Origin: Aliivibrio fischeri ES114
Lineage (GTDB): Bacteria; Pseudomonadota; Gammaproteobacteria; Enterobacterales; Vibrionaceae
Length of the DNA stretch: 32,000 nucleotides
Strand: one strand, 5' to 3'
NCBI RefSeq assembly: GCF_000011805.1
Contig: NC_006840.2
Shown piece by piece: positions 18,237 to 28,435 of the stretch. Below the pieces are notes generated by a model, which was given only the letters and a program-made list of their open reading frames with translations, was not told the DNA's origin and ran no database searches. Every line of letters begins with the position of its first letter. Within the stretch, counting starts at the first letter, position 1. The position numbers and the translations under genes were made by a program.

Positions 18237-18668
18237 ATGTTTGATTGGTTTAATGCAGATTCTGCATTATGGGTATTATTTAGCTCTGGCTTTTTAAGTG
18301 CGACTTTATTACCAGGCGCTTCTGAAGCGAGTCTAATCGCAACATTGCAATTAAATAGCTTTTCTACATGGCTTGTTGTTTTTGTTGCAACGCTAGGCAA
18401 TACATTAGGTGGAATAACAAACTATTGGCTTGGTTTATTACTTCCTGATAAAACTTCTTCGCAGAAACACGGTCATAAAGCCATTCAATGGATTAAAAAA
18501 TATGGCTATTGGACATTATTATTTAGTTGGTTACCAATCATTGGCGATCCCCTTTGTTTAGCTGCCGGGTGGTTAAGGATGCGATTTTGGCCATGTATTT
18601 TTTTAATTGGGGTTGGTAAAGCGGCGCGATATGCCTTGCTATCGCTTGCAGTAAACGGGATTTTATAG
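18237..18668 (+). CDS. yqaA: YqaA family inner-membrane protein (DedA/SNARE-associated-like)
   Basis: From the ATG at 18237 it reads MFDWFNADSALWVLFSSGFLSATLLPGASEASL...LLFSWLPIIGDPLCLAAGWLRM...GKAARY, colinear with E. coli YqaA (about 142 aa). The track start at 18168 lies inside the oadB terminator and is rejected. Confidence 0.8.
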   Translation: MFDWFNADSALWVLFSSGFLSATLLPGASEASLIATLQLNSFSTWLVVFVATLGNTLGGITNYWLGLLLPDKTSSQKHGHKAIQWIKKYGYWTLLFSWLPIIGDPLCLAAGWLRMRFWPCIFLIGVGKAARYALLSLAVNGIL

Positions 18669-18677
18669 GACATAAGA

Positions 18678-21530
18678 ATGAAAAAAATATTAAGCCTTTC
18701 AATTGTTTTGGCGCTTGCAGGTTGCAGTAAATCTGAATTTGAAGCTCCGAAAGCGACTGATTTACCAAAAGGGGTGACCCTTGTTGAGCAAGTTTTACCT
18801 AAAGAAGGCTCAACGGTTATCCCTTATCAAAAATACACGCTAGATAACGGTTTGACTGTCATTCTTAGTCCAGACCACTCTGATCCACTTGTTCATGTTG
18901 ATGTGACTTATCATGTTGGTTCTGCTCGAGAAGAAATCGGTAAATCAGGTTTTGCTCACTTCTTTGAACATATGATGTTCCAAGGTTCAGAGAATGTGGG
19001 TGATCAACAACACTTTAAAATTATTACTGAAGCGGGTGGTACATTAAACGGTACAACCAATCGTGATCGCACCAATTACTTTGAAACTGTGCCTGCAAAT
19101 CAACTTGAAAAGATGTTATGGCTAGAATCTGATCGTATGGGGTTCTTGATTGATGCTGTATCTCAAAAGAAATTTGAAATTCAGCGCAGTACGGTGAAAA
19201 ACGAACGTGGACAAAATTACGATAATCGCCCATATGGCTTAATTTATGAAAAAATGGGCGAAGCATTATTCCCACAAGGTCATCCGTATTCATGGCAAAC
19301 TATAGGTTATGTAGAGGACTTAGATCGCGTTGATGTTAATGATCTAAAAGCTTTTTTCTTACGTTGGTATGGTCCTAATAATGCCGTCATTACCATTGGT
19401 GGTGATTTAGATAGTAAGCAAACACTTGAATGGGTGAATAAATATTTTGGTTCGATCCCTAGAGGACCAGAGGTTGAGAATGCACCTAAGCAACCAGTGA
19501 CATTAAAAGAAAACCGTTACATCACATTAGAAGATCGTATTCAGCAACCAATGGTAATGATTGGTTGGCCAACAACGTATCGTGGTGAAGAAACCGAAGC
19601 TAGCCTTGATATGCTGGCAACATTACTAGGTGATGGTAAAACGAGTCTCTTATACCAAGAGTTAGTAAAAACTGGCAAAGTAGTAGATGCTGGCGCTTTC
19701 CATGATTGTGCCGAGTTATCTTGTACCATGTATGTGTACGCCATGACTGATTCTGGTAAAAATAATGACCTATCTACCGCATATAAAGAGGTCATGGATG
19801 TACTTGAAAAATTTGATAAAGAAGGGGTATCCAAGGCAGACCTAGAAGAAGTTCAAGGTAGTGCTGAAGCTGGAGCCATCTTTGGCTTACAGTCGGTTTC
19901 AGGAAAAGTATCTCAACTTGCTTCTAATGAAACCTTTTATGGCAACCCAAATCAGTTAGAAAAACAATTAGCTGAATTAAAAGCGGTTACACCAGAGAAA
20001 GTATCCCAAGCATTTGACACTTATATGGCTAACAAATATAAGGTTACTTTAAGTGTTGTACCTAAAGGAAAAACACAGCTAGAAGTTCAAAAGCCAAATT
20101 TTGTAACGCCAAAGCGAGATCTTCCTGAATACAAAAAAATTGATGAAAATAGTTTAGATGTTCGTAGAGCAGTTGATGATTTTGATCGCTCAATTATGCC
20201 TCAACCATCAAAAGGCGTAACCGCTAAAGCCCCTGATATTTACCGTGCTAATTTAAGCAATGGTATTGAAGTTCTGGGAACTGAAGCGGTTGAAACACCT
20301 ACAATTCAATTACAAATAGCAATTCCAGCAGGTAATCGCTACGTACCGAAAGGGAAAGAAGGGTTAGCGTCGTTAACCGCTGCAATGATGGAAGAAGGTA
20401 CAACGACATCTTCCTCTGAAGAGTTACAAAAGAAATTGGATAAATTAGGTAGCTCTGTATCGTTTAATTCGGGCAGTTACACAACGACGATCTCGGTGGC
20501 GTCGTTAACAAAAAATATCGATCAGACCTTAGCTATCGTAAATGAAATGTTGTTTGAACCCGCGTTTGAGCAAGCTGATTTTGACCGTTTACAAAAGCAA
20601 GCTGTTGAAGGGCTTGTATATGAACATCAAAGACCATCTTGGTTAGCATCACAAGCGACTCGTGAAATTTTGTTCAAAGGGACGATTTTTGATCGCTCGC
20701 CAGATGGTTCATTAACATCAGTTCAAGCTCTGACGTTAGATGATGTTAAAGCTTTCTATAAGCAAACCTACACGCCGATTGGTACTCAAATTGTGTCAGT
20801 TGGTGATATTAATAAATCAGATTTGATAAACAAATTAGCGTTTTTATCTGATTGGAAAGGAGCAACACCTGAAATTTTAGCACCGCAACGCTTACCAACA
20901 TTAAACGAGCAAAAAATTTATTTGATCAATAAACCAAATGCACCTCAAAGCGTGGTTCGTTTTGTTCGACAAGGTATGCCGTTTGATGCAACAGGTGAAC
21001 TGTATCAAACACAGCTAGCTAATTTTAATTTAGGTGGAAACTTTAATAGCCGAATTAATCAGAATCTACGTGAAGATAAAGGCTACACTTATGGAGCTGG
21101 TGGCTACTTAATGGGCAATAAAGAGATCGGAATGTCGATTTTTTATGCGCAAGTAAGAGCCGATGTGACTGTTGAATCAATTAAAGAATTTATTTCTGAA
21201 ATGAATAAATTCAAAAAAGATGGAATGACAGTTGATGAACTGAATTTTATGCGCTTAGCCGTAGGGCAACAAGATGCATTAAAGTATGAAACTCCGGGCC
21301 AAAAAGCACACTTACTTGGCAAAATACTGACGTATTCATTGGATGATGATTTCATTGATGAACAAAATGAACTTATTGAGACGCTAGGTCGAGATAAGTT
21401 GAACTCATTAGCGGCTAAATGGTTCGATCCTGCGCAGTATCAAATTGTTGTGGTTGGTGATGAAAAAGAACTATTACCTAAATTGAAATCACTAGGTGTT
21501 CCTGTTGAAGTGATGACAGTGAAAAAGTAA
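18678..21530 (+). CDS. M16 family zinc metallopeptidase (pitrilysin/PqqL-like, two-module), predicted lipoprotein
   Basis: 950 aa. It has a lipoprotein signal peptide with the lipobox LAGC (MKKILSLSIVLALAGCSK) and the inverted zincin motif HFFEHMMFQG (HxxEH). A second, inactive M16-like half follows. Confidence 0.85.
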   Translation: MKKILSLSIVLALAGCSKSEFEAPKATDLPKGVTLVEQVLPKEGSTVIPYQKYTLDNGLTVILSPDHSDPLVHVDVTYHVGSAREEIGKSGFAHFFEHMMFQGSENVGDQQHFKIITEAGGTLNGTTNRDRTNYFETVPANQLEKMLWLESDRMGFLIDAVSQKKFEIQRSTVKNERGQNYDNRPYGLIYEKMGEALFPQGHPYSWQTIGYVEDLDRVDVNDLKAFFLRWYGPNNAVITIGGDLDSKQTLEWVNKYFGSIPRGPEVENAPKQPVTLKENRYITLEDRIQQPMVMIGWPTTYRGEETEASLDMLATLLGDGKTSLLYQELVKTGKVVDAGAFHDCAELSCTMYVYAMTDSGKNNDLSTAYKEVMDVLEKFDKEGVSKADLEEVQGSAEAGAIFGLQSVSGKVSQLASNETFYGNPNQLEKQLAELKAVTPEKVSQAFDTYMANKYKVTLSVVPKGKTQLEVQKPNFVTPKRDLPEYKKIDENSLDVRRAVDDFDRSIMPQPSKGVTAKAPDIYRANLSNGIEVLGTEAVETPTIQLQIAIPAGNRYVPKGKEGLASLTAAMMEEGTTTSSSEELQKKLDKLGSSVSFNSGSYTTTISVASLTKNIDQTLAIVNEMLFEPAFEQADFDRLQKQAVEGLVYEHQRPSWLASQATREILFKGTIFDRSPDGSLTSVQALTLDDVKAFYKQTYTPIGTQIVSVGDINKSDLINKLAFLSDWKGATPEILAPQRLPTLNEQKIYLINKPNAPQSVVRFVRQGMPFDATGELYQTQLANFNLGGNFNSRINQNLREDKGYTYGAGGYLMGNKEIGMSIFYAQVRADVTVESIKEFISEMNKFKKDGMTVDELNFMRLAVGQQDALKYETPGQKAHLLGKILTYSLDDDFIDEQNELIETLGRDKLNSLAAKWFDPAQYQIVVVGDEKELLPKLKSLGVPVEVMTVKK

Positions 21531-21544
21531 TAACACTTAGAAAG

Positions 21545-21577
21545 ACGGCAATAAGTAGTATTTATTGCCGTTTTTTC
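21545..21577 (+). terminator. Rho-independent terminator after the M16 peptidase gene
   Basis: Stem cggcaataa (21546..21554) / ttattgccg (21562..21570), followed by tttttt. Confidence 0.8.
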
Positions 21578-21661
21578 GTATCCAACTATCGATAAAATTT
21601 GTTAGTATCCATGACATAAATCAACATAATAATGTTGTTACCTCAATAGCGAGATTGTATT

Positions 21662-23227
21662 TTGACCGAATTTATCAACCGATTACAGAAAGTCGCTTCC
21701 AATCCTAACGCCTTTAAAAAAACAGGCCGAGGAATTGAAAGAGAAACGCTTCGATTCACTCTAGGAGCGTCACTTTCAACTAAGCCACACCCAGAAGGCG
21801 TAGGTTCAGCATTAACACATAAATACATCACAACAGATTTTGCAGAATCATTATTAGAGTTTATTACTCCAGTATCAAATGATGTTGATACCGTATTAAA
21901 GCAATTAGAAGATGTACACCACTATACGGTTTCTCACATGGGAGACGAAAAACTATGGCCACTTTCAATGCCATGTTTTGTTACTCATGATGACGATATT
22001 ACGTTAGCTCAATACGGTGAATCGAACGTAGGTAAACTGAAAACAACTTATCGTGAAGGCCTAAAGCGTCGTTACGGTAGCGTGATGCAAGTGATTTCTG
22101 GCGTACATTTTAATTTTTCATTTTCAACAGAGTTTTGGGATGAATTATTTGGTGAACAATCAGAAGACCAAAGAAAAGAATCGGTATCAGATGCTTATTT
22201 TGCATTAATTCGAAACTACTACCGTTTTGGTTGGTTAATTCCTTATTTCTTTGGTGCTTCACCGGCATTATGTAGCTCATTTATTCAAGGTCGTGAAACC
22301 TCTATGGACTTTGAATCCTTAGGTAAGACTTATTACTTACCTTATGCTACATCGTTGCGTCTGAGTGATTTGGGCTATACCAATGATGCTCAAAGTAATC
22401 TAAAAATTAGCCTGAACAGCGTTAATGAATATGTTGATGGTTTAAATAAAGCCATTCGAACACCATCAGAAGAGTTCGCTAAAATAGGTTTAAAAGAAGG
22501 TGATAAACATATTCAGTTGAACTCAAATGTTCTTCAAATTGAAAATGAACTTTATGCTCCAATTCGCCCAAAACGAGTGACAAAAAGTGGCGAAAGACCT
22601 TCTGAAGCACTAGAAAGAGACGGGGTTGAATACATTGAAGTTCGTTCTTTAGATGTAAACCCGTACAGTCCAATTGGTGTTAATGAAGATCAAGTTCGCT
22701 TCTTAGATATGTTCTTAACTTGGACTGTTCTGAGTGACTCTGCACCAATGAATGACAGTGAAATGGCCTGTTGGAAAGACAACTGGAATAAGATCATTGA
22801 AAAAGGTCGTAAGCCGGGGTTAGAACTAAAAATTGGTTGCCAAGGTGAACGATTAACTCAAAAAGCATGGGCTGAAAGAGTATTTGAAGATTTGCTGGTT
22901 ATCGCAAAAGAAATGGATCGCGTTAACGGTGATGACGCTTATCAACAGACTCATAAACGCCTAAGTGCAATGATTGATGATCCTGAGCTAACGATTTCAG
23001 GTCGTCTATTGGCTGAAACAAAAGCCGCTGGCGGTATCGGTGTGATTGGTTGTAAATTGGCGGTAGAGCATCGTGAAACACACTTAGCTCATCAATATCG
23101 TTTTTATACTAAGCAAGAGTTAGATGCTGAAGTTGAACGTTCAGTTCAGGCACAAAAAGAAATTGAAGCGAATGATAAGCTTTCTTTTTCTGAATATTTA
23201 GAAGAATACTTCAGTTATTTGAAGTGA
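21662..23227 (+). CDS. gshA: Glutamate--cysteine ligase
   Basis: 521 aa, colinear with E. coli GshA (GIERETLRF..., [74 protein letters not shown]). It starts at TTG (21662..21664); as I recall, E. coli gshA also uses TTG. Confidence 0.95.
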
Positions 23228-23246
23228 TACTTACGAAGAAATATCT

Positions 23247-23283
23247 AGCACTGTTATTCTATGGGTAGCAGTGCTTTTTTTTG
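23247..23283 (+). terminator. Terminator-like hairpin after gshA
   Basis: Stem agcactg (23247..23253) / cagtgct (23269..23275), followed by tttttttt. It ends only about 11 nt before the next start codon. Confidence 0.55.
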
Positions 23284-23293
23284 AGAAAAATTG

Positions 23294-23893
23294 ATGAAAT
23301 ATAAACTTCCACTTGCCGCTATAGCATTATTAGGATTATCTGGGTGTGCGACGGCACCACCAACCAAACAGGATAATCTATGTGATATTTTCCGTGAAAA
23401 AAGCGGATGGTATGACGATGCTAAAGATATGACTGAAGAGTATGGTACGCCGATAAATGTAGCTATGGCTATTATGAAACAAGAAAGTAGCTTCAGAGCA
23501 ACGGTGCGTCCACCTAGAACCAAACTACTTGGTTTTATACCATGGAGTCGACCAAGTTCAGCTTATGGTTACGCACAAGCTCAGGACCCTGTATGGGGAG
23601 AATATGAAGATGAAACGGGTGGTGGTTCTCGTAGTAGCTTTGATGATGCAATCATGTTCATCGGTTGGTACACTGACGGTTCTCAAAAGCAGTTAGGGAT
23701 TTCTAAGTGGGATCCATATAACCAATATTTGGCGTACCATGAAGGTCGCGGTGGTTTTAAACGCAAAAGCTACAAAAATAAACCACAATTGATTAAGATA
23801 GCTCGTAAGGTTGAATCTCAAGCCAAAACTTATGGTTGGCAATTAAAGCAATGTAAGGCTGAGCTAGAGAGACAAAGCAGTTGGTGGTGGTAA
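23294..23893 (+). CDS. Predicted lipoprotein with lytic-transglycosylase (SLT/goose-lysozyme-like) motifs
   Basis: MKYKLPLAAIALLGLSGC has the lipobox LSGC. The spaced motifs MKQESSF, YGYAQ and AYHEG resemble the SLT-domain ES / GLMQ / AYNxG motifs. The track start at 23291 is a TTG one codon upstream of the ATG at 23294. Confidence 0.55.
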   Translation: MKYKLPLAAIALLGLSGCATAPPTKQDNLCDIFREKSGWYDDAKDMTEEYGTPINVAMAIMKQESSFRATVRPPRTKLLGFIPWSRPSSAYGYAQAQDPVWGEYEDETGGGSRSSFDDAIMFIGWYTDGSQKQLGISKWDPYNQYLAYHEGRGGFKRKSYKNKPQLIKIARKVESQAKTYGWQLKQCKAELERQSSWWW

Positions 23894-23924
23894 GCCATCA
23901 TTTATAACTTTAAAGGATTAAAAT

Positions 23925-24443
23925 ATGCCATTGTTAGATAGTTTTACTGTAGATCATACTCGTATGGAAGCACCGGCGGTTCGTGTTGCGAAAACAATGC
24001 AAACACCTAAAGGCGATACAATTACTGTATTTGATTTACGCTTTACGGCACCAAATAAAGATATTCTGTCAGAGAAAGGCATTCATACATTAGAGCATTT
24101 ATACGCAGGTTTTATGCGTAACCACCTTAATGGCAGCGGTGTTGAAATTATTGATATCTCGCCAATGGGGTGTCGTACTGGCTTCTATATGAGCTTGATC
24201 GGTACACCAGCTGAGCAAGCGGTTGCTGATGCATGGGTTTCATCAATGGAAGATGTGCTGAAAGTAGAAGCTCAAAATAAAATTCCTGAACTGAATGAGT
24301 ATCAATGTGGTACTTATGAAATGCATTCACTTGATGAAGCAAAAGCAATCGCAAGCACAGTGCTTGCATCAGGTATCAGCGTAAATAAAAATGATGAACT
24401 TGCACTATCTGATTCAATGCTAAAAGAATTATCTAATCATTAA
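23925..24443 (+). CDS. luxS: S-ribosylhomocysteine lyase (autoinducer-2 synthase) LuxS
   Basis: 172 aa: [23 protein letters not shown]...[18 protein letters not shown]...[11 protein letters not shown]. It has the canonical LuxS HxxEH and Cys metal-binding motifs. Confidence 0.97.
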   Translation: MPLLDSFTVDHTRMEAPAVRVAKTMQTPKGDTITVFDLRFTAPNKDILSEKGIHTLEHLYAGFMRNHLNGSGVEIIDISPMGCRTGFYMSLIGTPAEQAVADAWVSSMEDVLKVEAQNKIPELNEYQCGTYEMHSLDEAKAIASTVLASGISVNKNDELALSDSMLKELSNH

Positions 24444-24460
24444 TTGACGTTTTAATTTGA

Positions 24461-24491
24461 AAAAAAAGCCCGCATTTAGCGGGCTTTTTTT
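24461..24491. terminator. Bidirectional rho-independent terminator between convergent luxS and yfjD
   Basis: The hairpin gcccgc-attta-gcgggc (24468..24484) is flanked by an A-run (24461..24467) and a T-run (24485..24491). Confidence 0.8.
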
Positions 24492-24534
24492 AGCTGAATA
24501 TCAGCTTTAACCATTGATAGTATTGGTATACAAA

Positions 24535-25839
24535 TTATTTATCATCTTCAGTACTTGGGAATACCTTTACAAGGTTAATTTTGTTTTCTTCGACAGCGAC
24601 AATTTCCATATTATGCTGTTCAATTTCGAGGCTAATTTCCGTTTCAGGGATCTCTTCTAAATGCTCAAGGATTAAGCCATTAAGTGTTCTTGGCCCATCT
24701 GTTGGTAAGTCCCATTTTAAGCCTTTATTAATGTCTCGAATATTGGCACTACCTTCAATCATAAAGCTGCCATCAGGCTGAGGTGTAATTTCTTCAGCTA
24801 AACTTGGAGCCATTGAGGTAGTGAATTCACCAACAATTTCTTCCAAAATATCTTCTAATGTTATTAAACCCTGGATATCACCGTATTCATCAACAACTAA
24901 TCCAATGCGTTCTTTATTACGCTGAAACTTTAATAGCTGTGAATTAAGTGGGGTAGCTTCAGGTATGAAATAAATTTCATCCGCGGCTCTTAATAGTGTT
25001 TCTTTGGTAAATTCATTTTTTTCAAGCATCAAGCGATAAGATTCACGTAAGCGAAGCATCCCAACCACTTCATCGATTTGATCTCGATATAAAACAATAC
25101 GTCCGTGAGGGGAGTGAGTTAATTGACGTGAAATCGATTTCCAATCATCGTTAATATCAATCCCTGTAATTTCACTACGAGGCACCATAATATCGTTAAC
25201 GGTAACGTGCTCTAAATCCAGTATTGAAATCAGCATATCTTGGTGACGACGAGGAATTAATCCTCCCGCCTCATGAACAACGGTTCTTAATTCTTCAGAA
25301 CTTAATTTATCTTTATCGTCATGTCCTGAACCAAGGCCGAGTATTTTTAAGAAACCGTTAGTGATTAGATTTACTAAAATAACCAGTGGAGAAAGCAGTT
25401 TCATTAACACATTAAGGACGATACTACTGCTATAAGAAACGCGTTCTGGGTACATTGCTGCAAGGGTTTTAGGAGTTACTTCTGCAAAGACAAGAATCAC
25501 AAGGGTTAATACACCGGTAGAGATGGCTACGCCTAGGTCACCATAAAGTCGCATACCAAGAATGGTTGCTATTGCAGAGGCTAGAATGTTAACAAGGTTA
25601 TTGCCGATAAGGATAAGGCCAATGAGGCGATCTGGACGACTGAGTAGTTTTTCAACACGTTTTGCACCTTTATGCCCCTGATTTGACAGGTGCTTTAGGC
25701 GGTAGCGGTTTAACGACATCATGCCCGTTTCTGAGCTTGAGAAGTAACCTGAGATAACAATGAGTATAGCTAATAACGTAAATAGGGCACCGGTTGATAT
25801 ATCGTCCAAGTGTCTTGTTCCTCGTTTTAAAGGGAGCAT
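24535..25839 (-). CDS. yfjD: CNNM / HlyC-CorC family transporter (DUF21 membrane domain, CBS pair, CorC_HlyC domain), YfjD/CorB-like
   Basis: Colinear with E. coli YfjD (YFSSSETGMMSLNRYRLKHL..., LIGNNLVNILAS, VNDIMVPRSEITGIDINDDWKSI, VDEYGDIQGLITLEDILEEIVGEFT). The start is ambiguous. The ATG at 25839 gives 434 aa. A TTG at 25809..25807 has GAGGA 9 nt upstream and aligns with the E. coli N-terminus (MDDISTGAL...), giving 424 aa. Confidence 0.88.
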   Translation of the reverse strand: MLPLKRGTRHLDDISTGALFTLLAILIVISGYFSSSETGMMSLNRYRLKHLSNQGHKGAKRVEKLLSRPDRLIGLILIGNNLVNILASAIATILGMRLYGDLGVAISTGVLTLVILVFAEVTPKTLAAMYPERVSYSSSIVLNVLMKLLSPLVILVNLITNGFLKILGLGSGHDDKDKLSSEELRTVVHEAGGLIPRRHQDMLISILDLEHVTVNDIMVPRSEITGIDINDDWKSISRQLTHSPHGRIVLYRDQIDEVVGMLRLRESYRLMLEKNEFTKETLLRAADEIYFIPEATPLNSQLLKFQRNKERIGLVVDEYGDIQGLITLEDILEEIVGEFTTSMAPSLAEEITPQPDGSFMIEGSANIRDINKGLKWDLPTDGPRTLNGLILEHLEEIPETEISLEIEQHNMEIVAVEENKINLVKVFPSTEDDK

Positions 25840-25942
25840 ATAAACCTAAGCACTTACTTAGATTGATATAATTAAAAGGTATTTATCTAATCTGATAATC
25901 CGTCTGTCAAGTTTGAATACAAAAAGTGAGCGATTGTCGCAA

Positions 25943-26737
25943 TTAAGTTAACACAATCTCTTGAACAAAACGGCTACCAAAGTAAGCAAGGGTCAGTAAG
26001 AAAGCACCAGATAAACTGAACCATAATGCTTTTTGACCACGCCACCCACGCTGATAGTGGCCCCAAGTTAATGTTGCGTAGATAATCCAAGCAATAAAGG
26101 AAAGTATTGCTTTGTGAGCTTTACCCTGAGCAAACATATCTTGAATAAATGTGAATCCAGTCATTAATGTAAGAGTGAGTAGTAATAAACCCACAAGAAT
26201 GATCTTGAAAAGTTGGCGTTCAACCATCATTAATGGAGGAAGGTTTGGATTTAACATTAATGATTTTTTGCTTTTGAGTTTATGATCAAGCCAAGCTAAT
26301 TGAAGCGCATAGAGTGTAGCAATCATCAATGTTGAATAAGCAAATAAAGCCAAAGATATGTGGATGAGTAAACTTGGGTGAGTTTCAAGGTGAGTAATAA
26401 ATGCACCTGGCAAGAAAGTCGCTGCTAATAAGTTAATGGCAGAAAAGCTATAAACCACAGGTAAAATGAACCATACTCGGAACTTGAGCATAGAGACACT
26501 CATTACTAGCGATATAATAAAGCTAATAAGAGAAGCGACATTTAAAATACTTAGGTTTTGTCCGGCAGTATTTAAAATGAGCTCTTTGAGTTGCCAGGCA
26601 TGCAAAAGCAGCGCAAGGAATGCACAAACGAACACAACTTTGGTCTGAATTTTATTTTTACTTGCTAAGCCTGGGATAACAAAGCCTAATGCAAGAAAGT
26701 AAGATAGAGCAGCACCGATTGCTGTAATGGTATCCAT
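25943..26737 (-). CDS. ypjD: Inner-membrane protein YpjD (cytochrome c assembly / CcsA-like family)
   Basis: 264-aa polytopic membrane protein. It is divergent from ffh and upstream of yfjD, exactly as in E. coli (ffh | ypjD yfjD). Confidence 0.8.
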   Translation of the reverse strand: MDTITAIGAALSYFLALGFVIPGLASKNKIQTKVVFVCAFLALLLHAWQLKELILNTAGQNLSILNVASLISFIISLVMSVSMLKFRVWFILPVVYSFSAINLLAATFLPGAFITHLETHPSLLIHISLALFAYSTLMIATLYALQLAWLDHKLKSKKSLMLNPNLPPLMMVERQLFKIILVGLLLLTLTLMTGFTFIQDMFAQGKAHKAILSFIAWIIYATLTWGHYQRGWRGQKALWFSLSGAFLLTLAYFGSRFVQEIVLT

Positions 26738-26888
26738 AATTTACTGTTCACCTAGTTTATCAACATCTTGATTATACCCTCTACAGGACAATCTCGGTAG
26801 GTGTGATTCAGTTAGGTTAAAAAATTTTCATTATTACGCCCAAGATTTAGGTATAATCGTTTAATGGTCGCAAAGTAGGCGCAGGAAT

Positions 26889-28262
26889 ATGTTTGATAAT
26901 TTAACGGATAGACTATCCAGAACACTGAAAAATATCAGTGGTAAAGGTCGATTAACAGAAGACAACATTAAAGAAACGCTACGTGAAGTACGTATGGCGT
27001 TACTGGAAGCTGATGTAGCTTTACCAGTGGTTCGTGATTTTGTAAAACGCGTAAAAGAAGGTGCTGTAGGTGTTGAAGTATCAAAAAGTTTAACACCTGG
27101 CCAAGAATTCATAAAAATTGTTCAAGCTGAACTAGAAGCAGTTATGGGGGATTCTAACGAAGCCCTTAACCTAGCTTGTCAGCCGCCAGCGGTTATTTTA
27201 ATGGCAGGCTTACAAGGTGCAGGTAAAACAACAAGTACCGGTAAATTAGCTAAACTATTAAAAGAGCGCGACAAGAAAAAGGTATTAGTAGTTTCTGCCG
27301 ATGTTTATCGTCCTGCGGCGATCAAACAGTTAGAAACATTAGCAGCAGATGTGGATGTTGATTTCTTCCCATCTAGTGCAGATCAAAAGCCTATTGATAT
27401 TGTTGATGCGGCGATTAGCCACGCAAAACTGAAGTTTTTTGATGTTGTTATTGTCGATACAGCAGGTCGTTTGGCTGTTGATACCGAAATGATGGATGAA
27501 ATCAAACAGCTTCATGCTCATGTAAATCCGATTGAGACTCTGTTTGTTGTTGATGCAATGACAGGTCAAGATGCGGCAAATACAGCAAAAGCGTTTGGTG
27601 ATGCTTTACCTCTAACCGGTGTTATTTTAACAAAGGTTGATGGTGATGCTCGTGGTGGTGCTGCATTATCAGTTCGTCATATTACAGGTAAACCAGTTAA
27701 ATTCTTAGGTGTTGGTGAAAAAACTGACGCACTAGAACCGTTCCACCCAGAACGTATTGCTTCTCGAATTTTAGGTATGGGTGATGTTCTTTCTTTAATT
27801 GAAGATCTTGAAAAGAACGTAGATAAAGAAAAAGCAGAGAAACTGGCGAAAAAATTCAAAGAGAAAAAAGGCTTTGATTTAGAAGATTTCCGTGAGCAGC
27901 TTGGTCAGATGAAAAACATGGGCGGCATGATGGGCATGATGGATAAACTTCCAGGAATGTCTCAGCTACCAAGTGATGTGAAAGATAAAGTTGATGATAA
28001 AATGTTCAATCAAATGGAAGCTATTATTAATTCCATGACGATGAAAGAGCGTCAACGTCCTGAAATCATCAAAGGTTCACGCAAAAAACGTATCGCTGCG
28101 GGTTCTGGTGTACAAGTTCAAGATGTAAACCGTATGCTAAAACAATTTACCCAAATGCAGAAGATGATGAAGAAAATGCAGAAGGGTGGCATGAAAGGCA
28201 TGATGCGTAATATGCAAGGTATGATGGGTGGTATGGGCGGAATGGGTGGCTTCGGTCGCTAA
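26889..28262 (+). CDS. ffh: Signal recognition particle protein Ffh
   Basis: 457 aa. MFDNLTDRLSRTLKNISGKGRLTEDNIKETLREVRMALLEADVALPVV is nearly identical to the E. coli Ffh N-terminus. GTPase motifs GLQGAGKTT and DTAGR are present, followed by a Met-rich M domain. Confidence 0.97.
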   Translation: MFDNLTDRLSRTLKNISGKGRLTEDNIKETLREVRMALLEADVALPVVRDFVKRVKEGAVGVEVSKSLTPGQEFIKIVQAELEAVMGDSNEALNLACQPPAVILMAGLQGAGKTTSTGKLAKLLKERDKKKVLVVSADVYRPAAIKQLETLAADVDVDFFPSSADQKPIDIVDAAISHAKLKFFDVVIVDTAGRLAVDTEMMDEIKQLHAHVNPIETLFVVDAMTGQDAANTAKAFGDALPLTGVILTKVDGDARGGAALSVRHITGKPVKFLGVGEKTDALEPFHPERIASRILGMGDVLSLIEDLEKNVDKEKAEKLAKKFKEKKGFDLEDFREQLGQMKNMGGMMGMMDKLPGMSQLPSDVKDKVDDKMFNQMEAIINSMTMKERQRPEIIKGSRKKRIAAGSGVQVQDVNRMLKQFTQMQKMMKKMQKGGMKGMMRNMQGMMGGMGGMGGFGR

Positions 28263-28307
28263 AAATCCAATACAATCAGTAGTATCTAAAAAGATATATA
28301 ATTAAGG

Positions 28308-28352
28308 GCGGCAAGTTAATTTGTTGAAAAACTTAACCTGGCGCACTTTTTT
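28308..28352 (+). terminator. Possible terminator after ffh (imperfect hairpin plus T-run)
   Basis: gcggcaagttaa (28308..28319) pairs with ttaacctggcgc (28333..28344) at 10 of 12 positions. It is followed by ac-tttttt. Confidence 0.45.
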
Positions 28353-28407
28353 AAACCAATTTTTTCATCAATTACAAAAATAATTGGTGAAAAAGTAACT
28401 AAATCCC

Positions 28408-28435
28408 TTGCATTGAAACTCTATAAGAGTAAAAT
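28408..28435 (+). promoter_or_regulatory. Putative sigma70 promoter of the rpsP-rimM-trmD-rplS operon
   Basis: -35 TTGCAT (28408..28413), a 16-nt spacer and -10 TAAAAT (28430..28435), about 85 nt upstream of rpsP. Confidence 0.5.

Noticed and set aside
27890-28262. A Met/Gly-rich low-complexity tail of the ffh ORF (MGGMMGMM..., GMMGGMGGMGGFGR), considered as a repeat expansion or a frameshifted region.
   Set aside because: A methionine-rich M domain and a flexible Gly/Met C-terminal tail are normal for bacterial Ffh. The frame is continuous.
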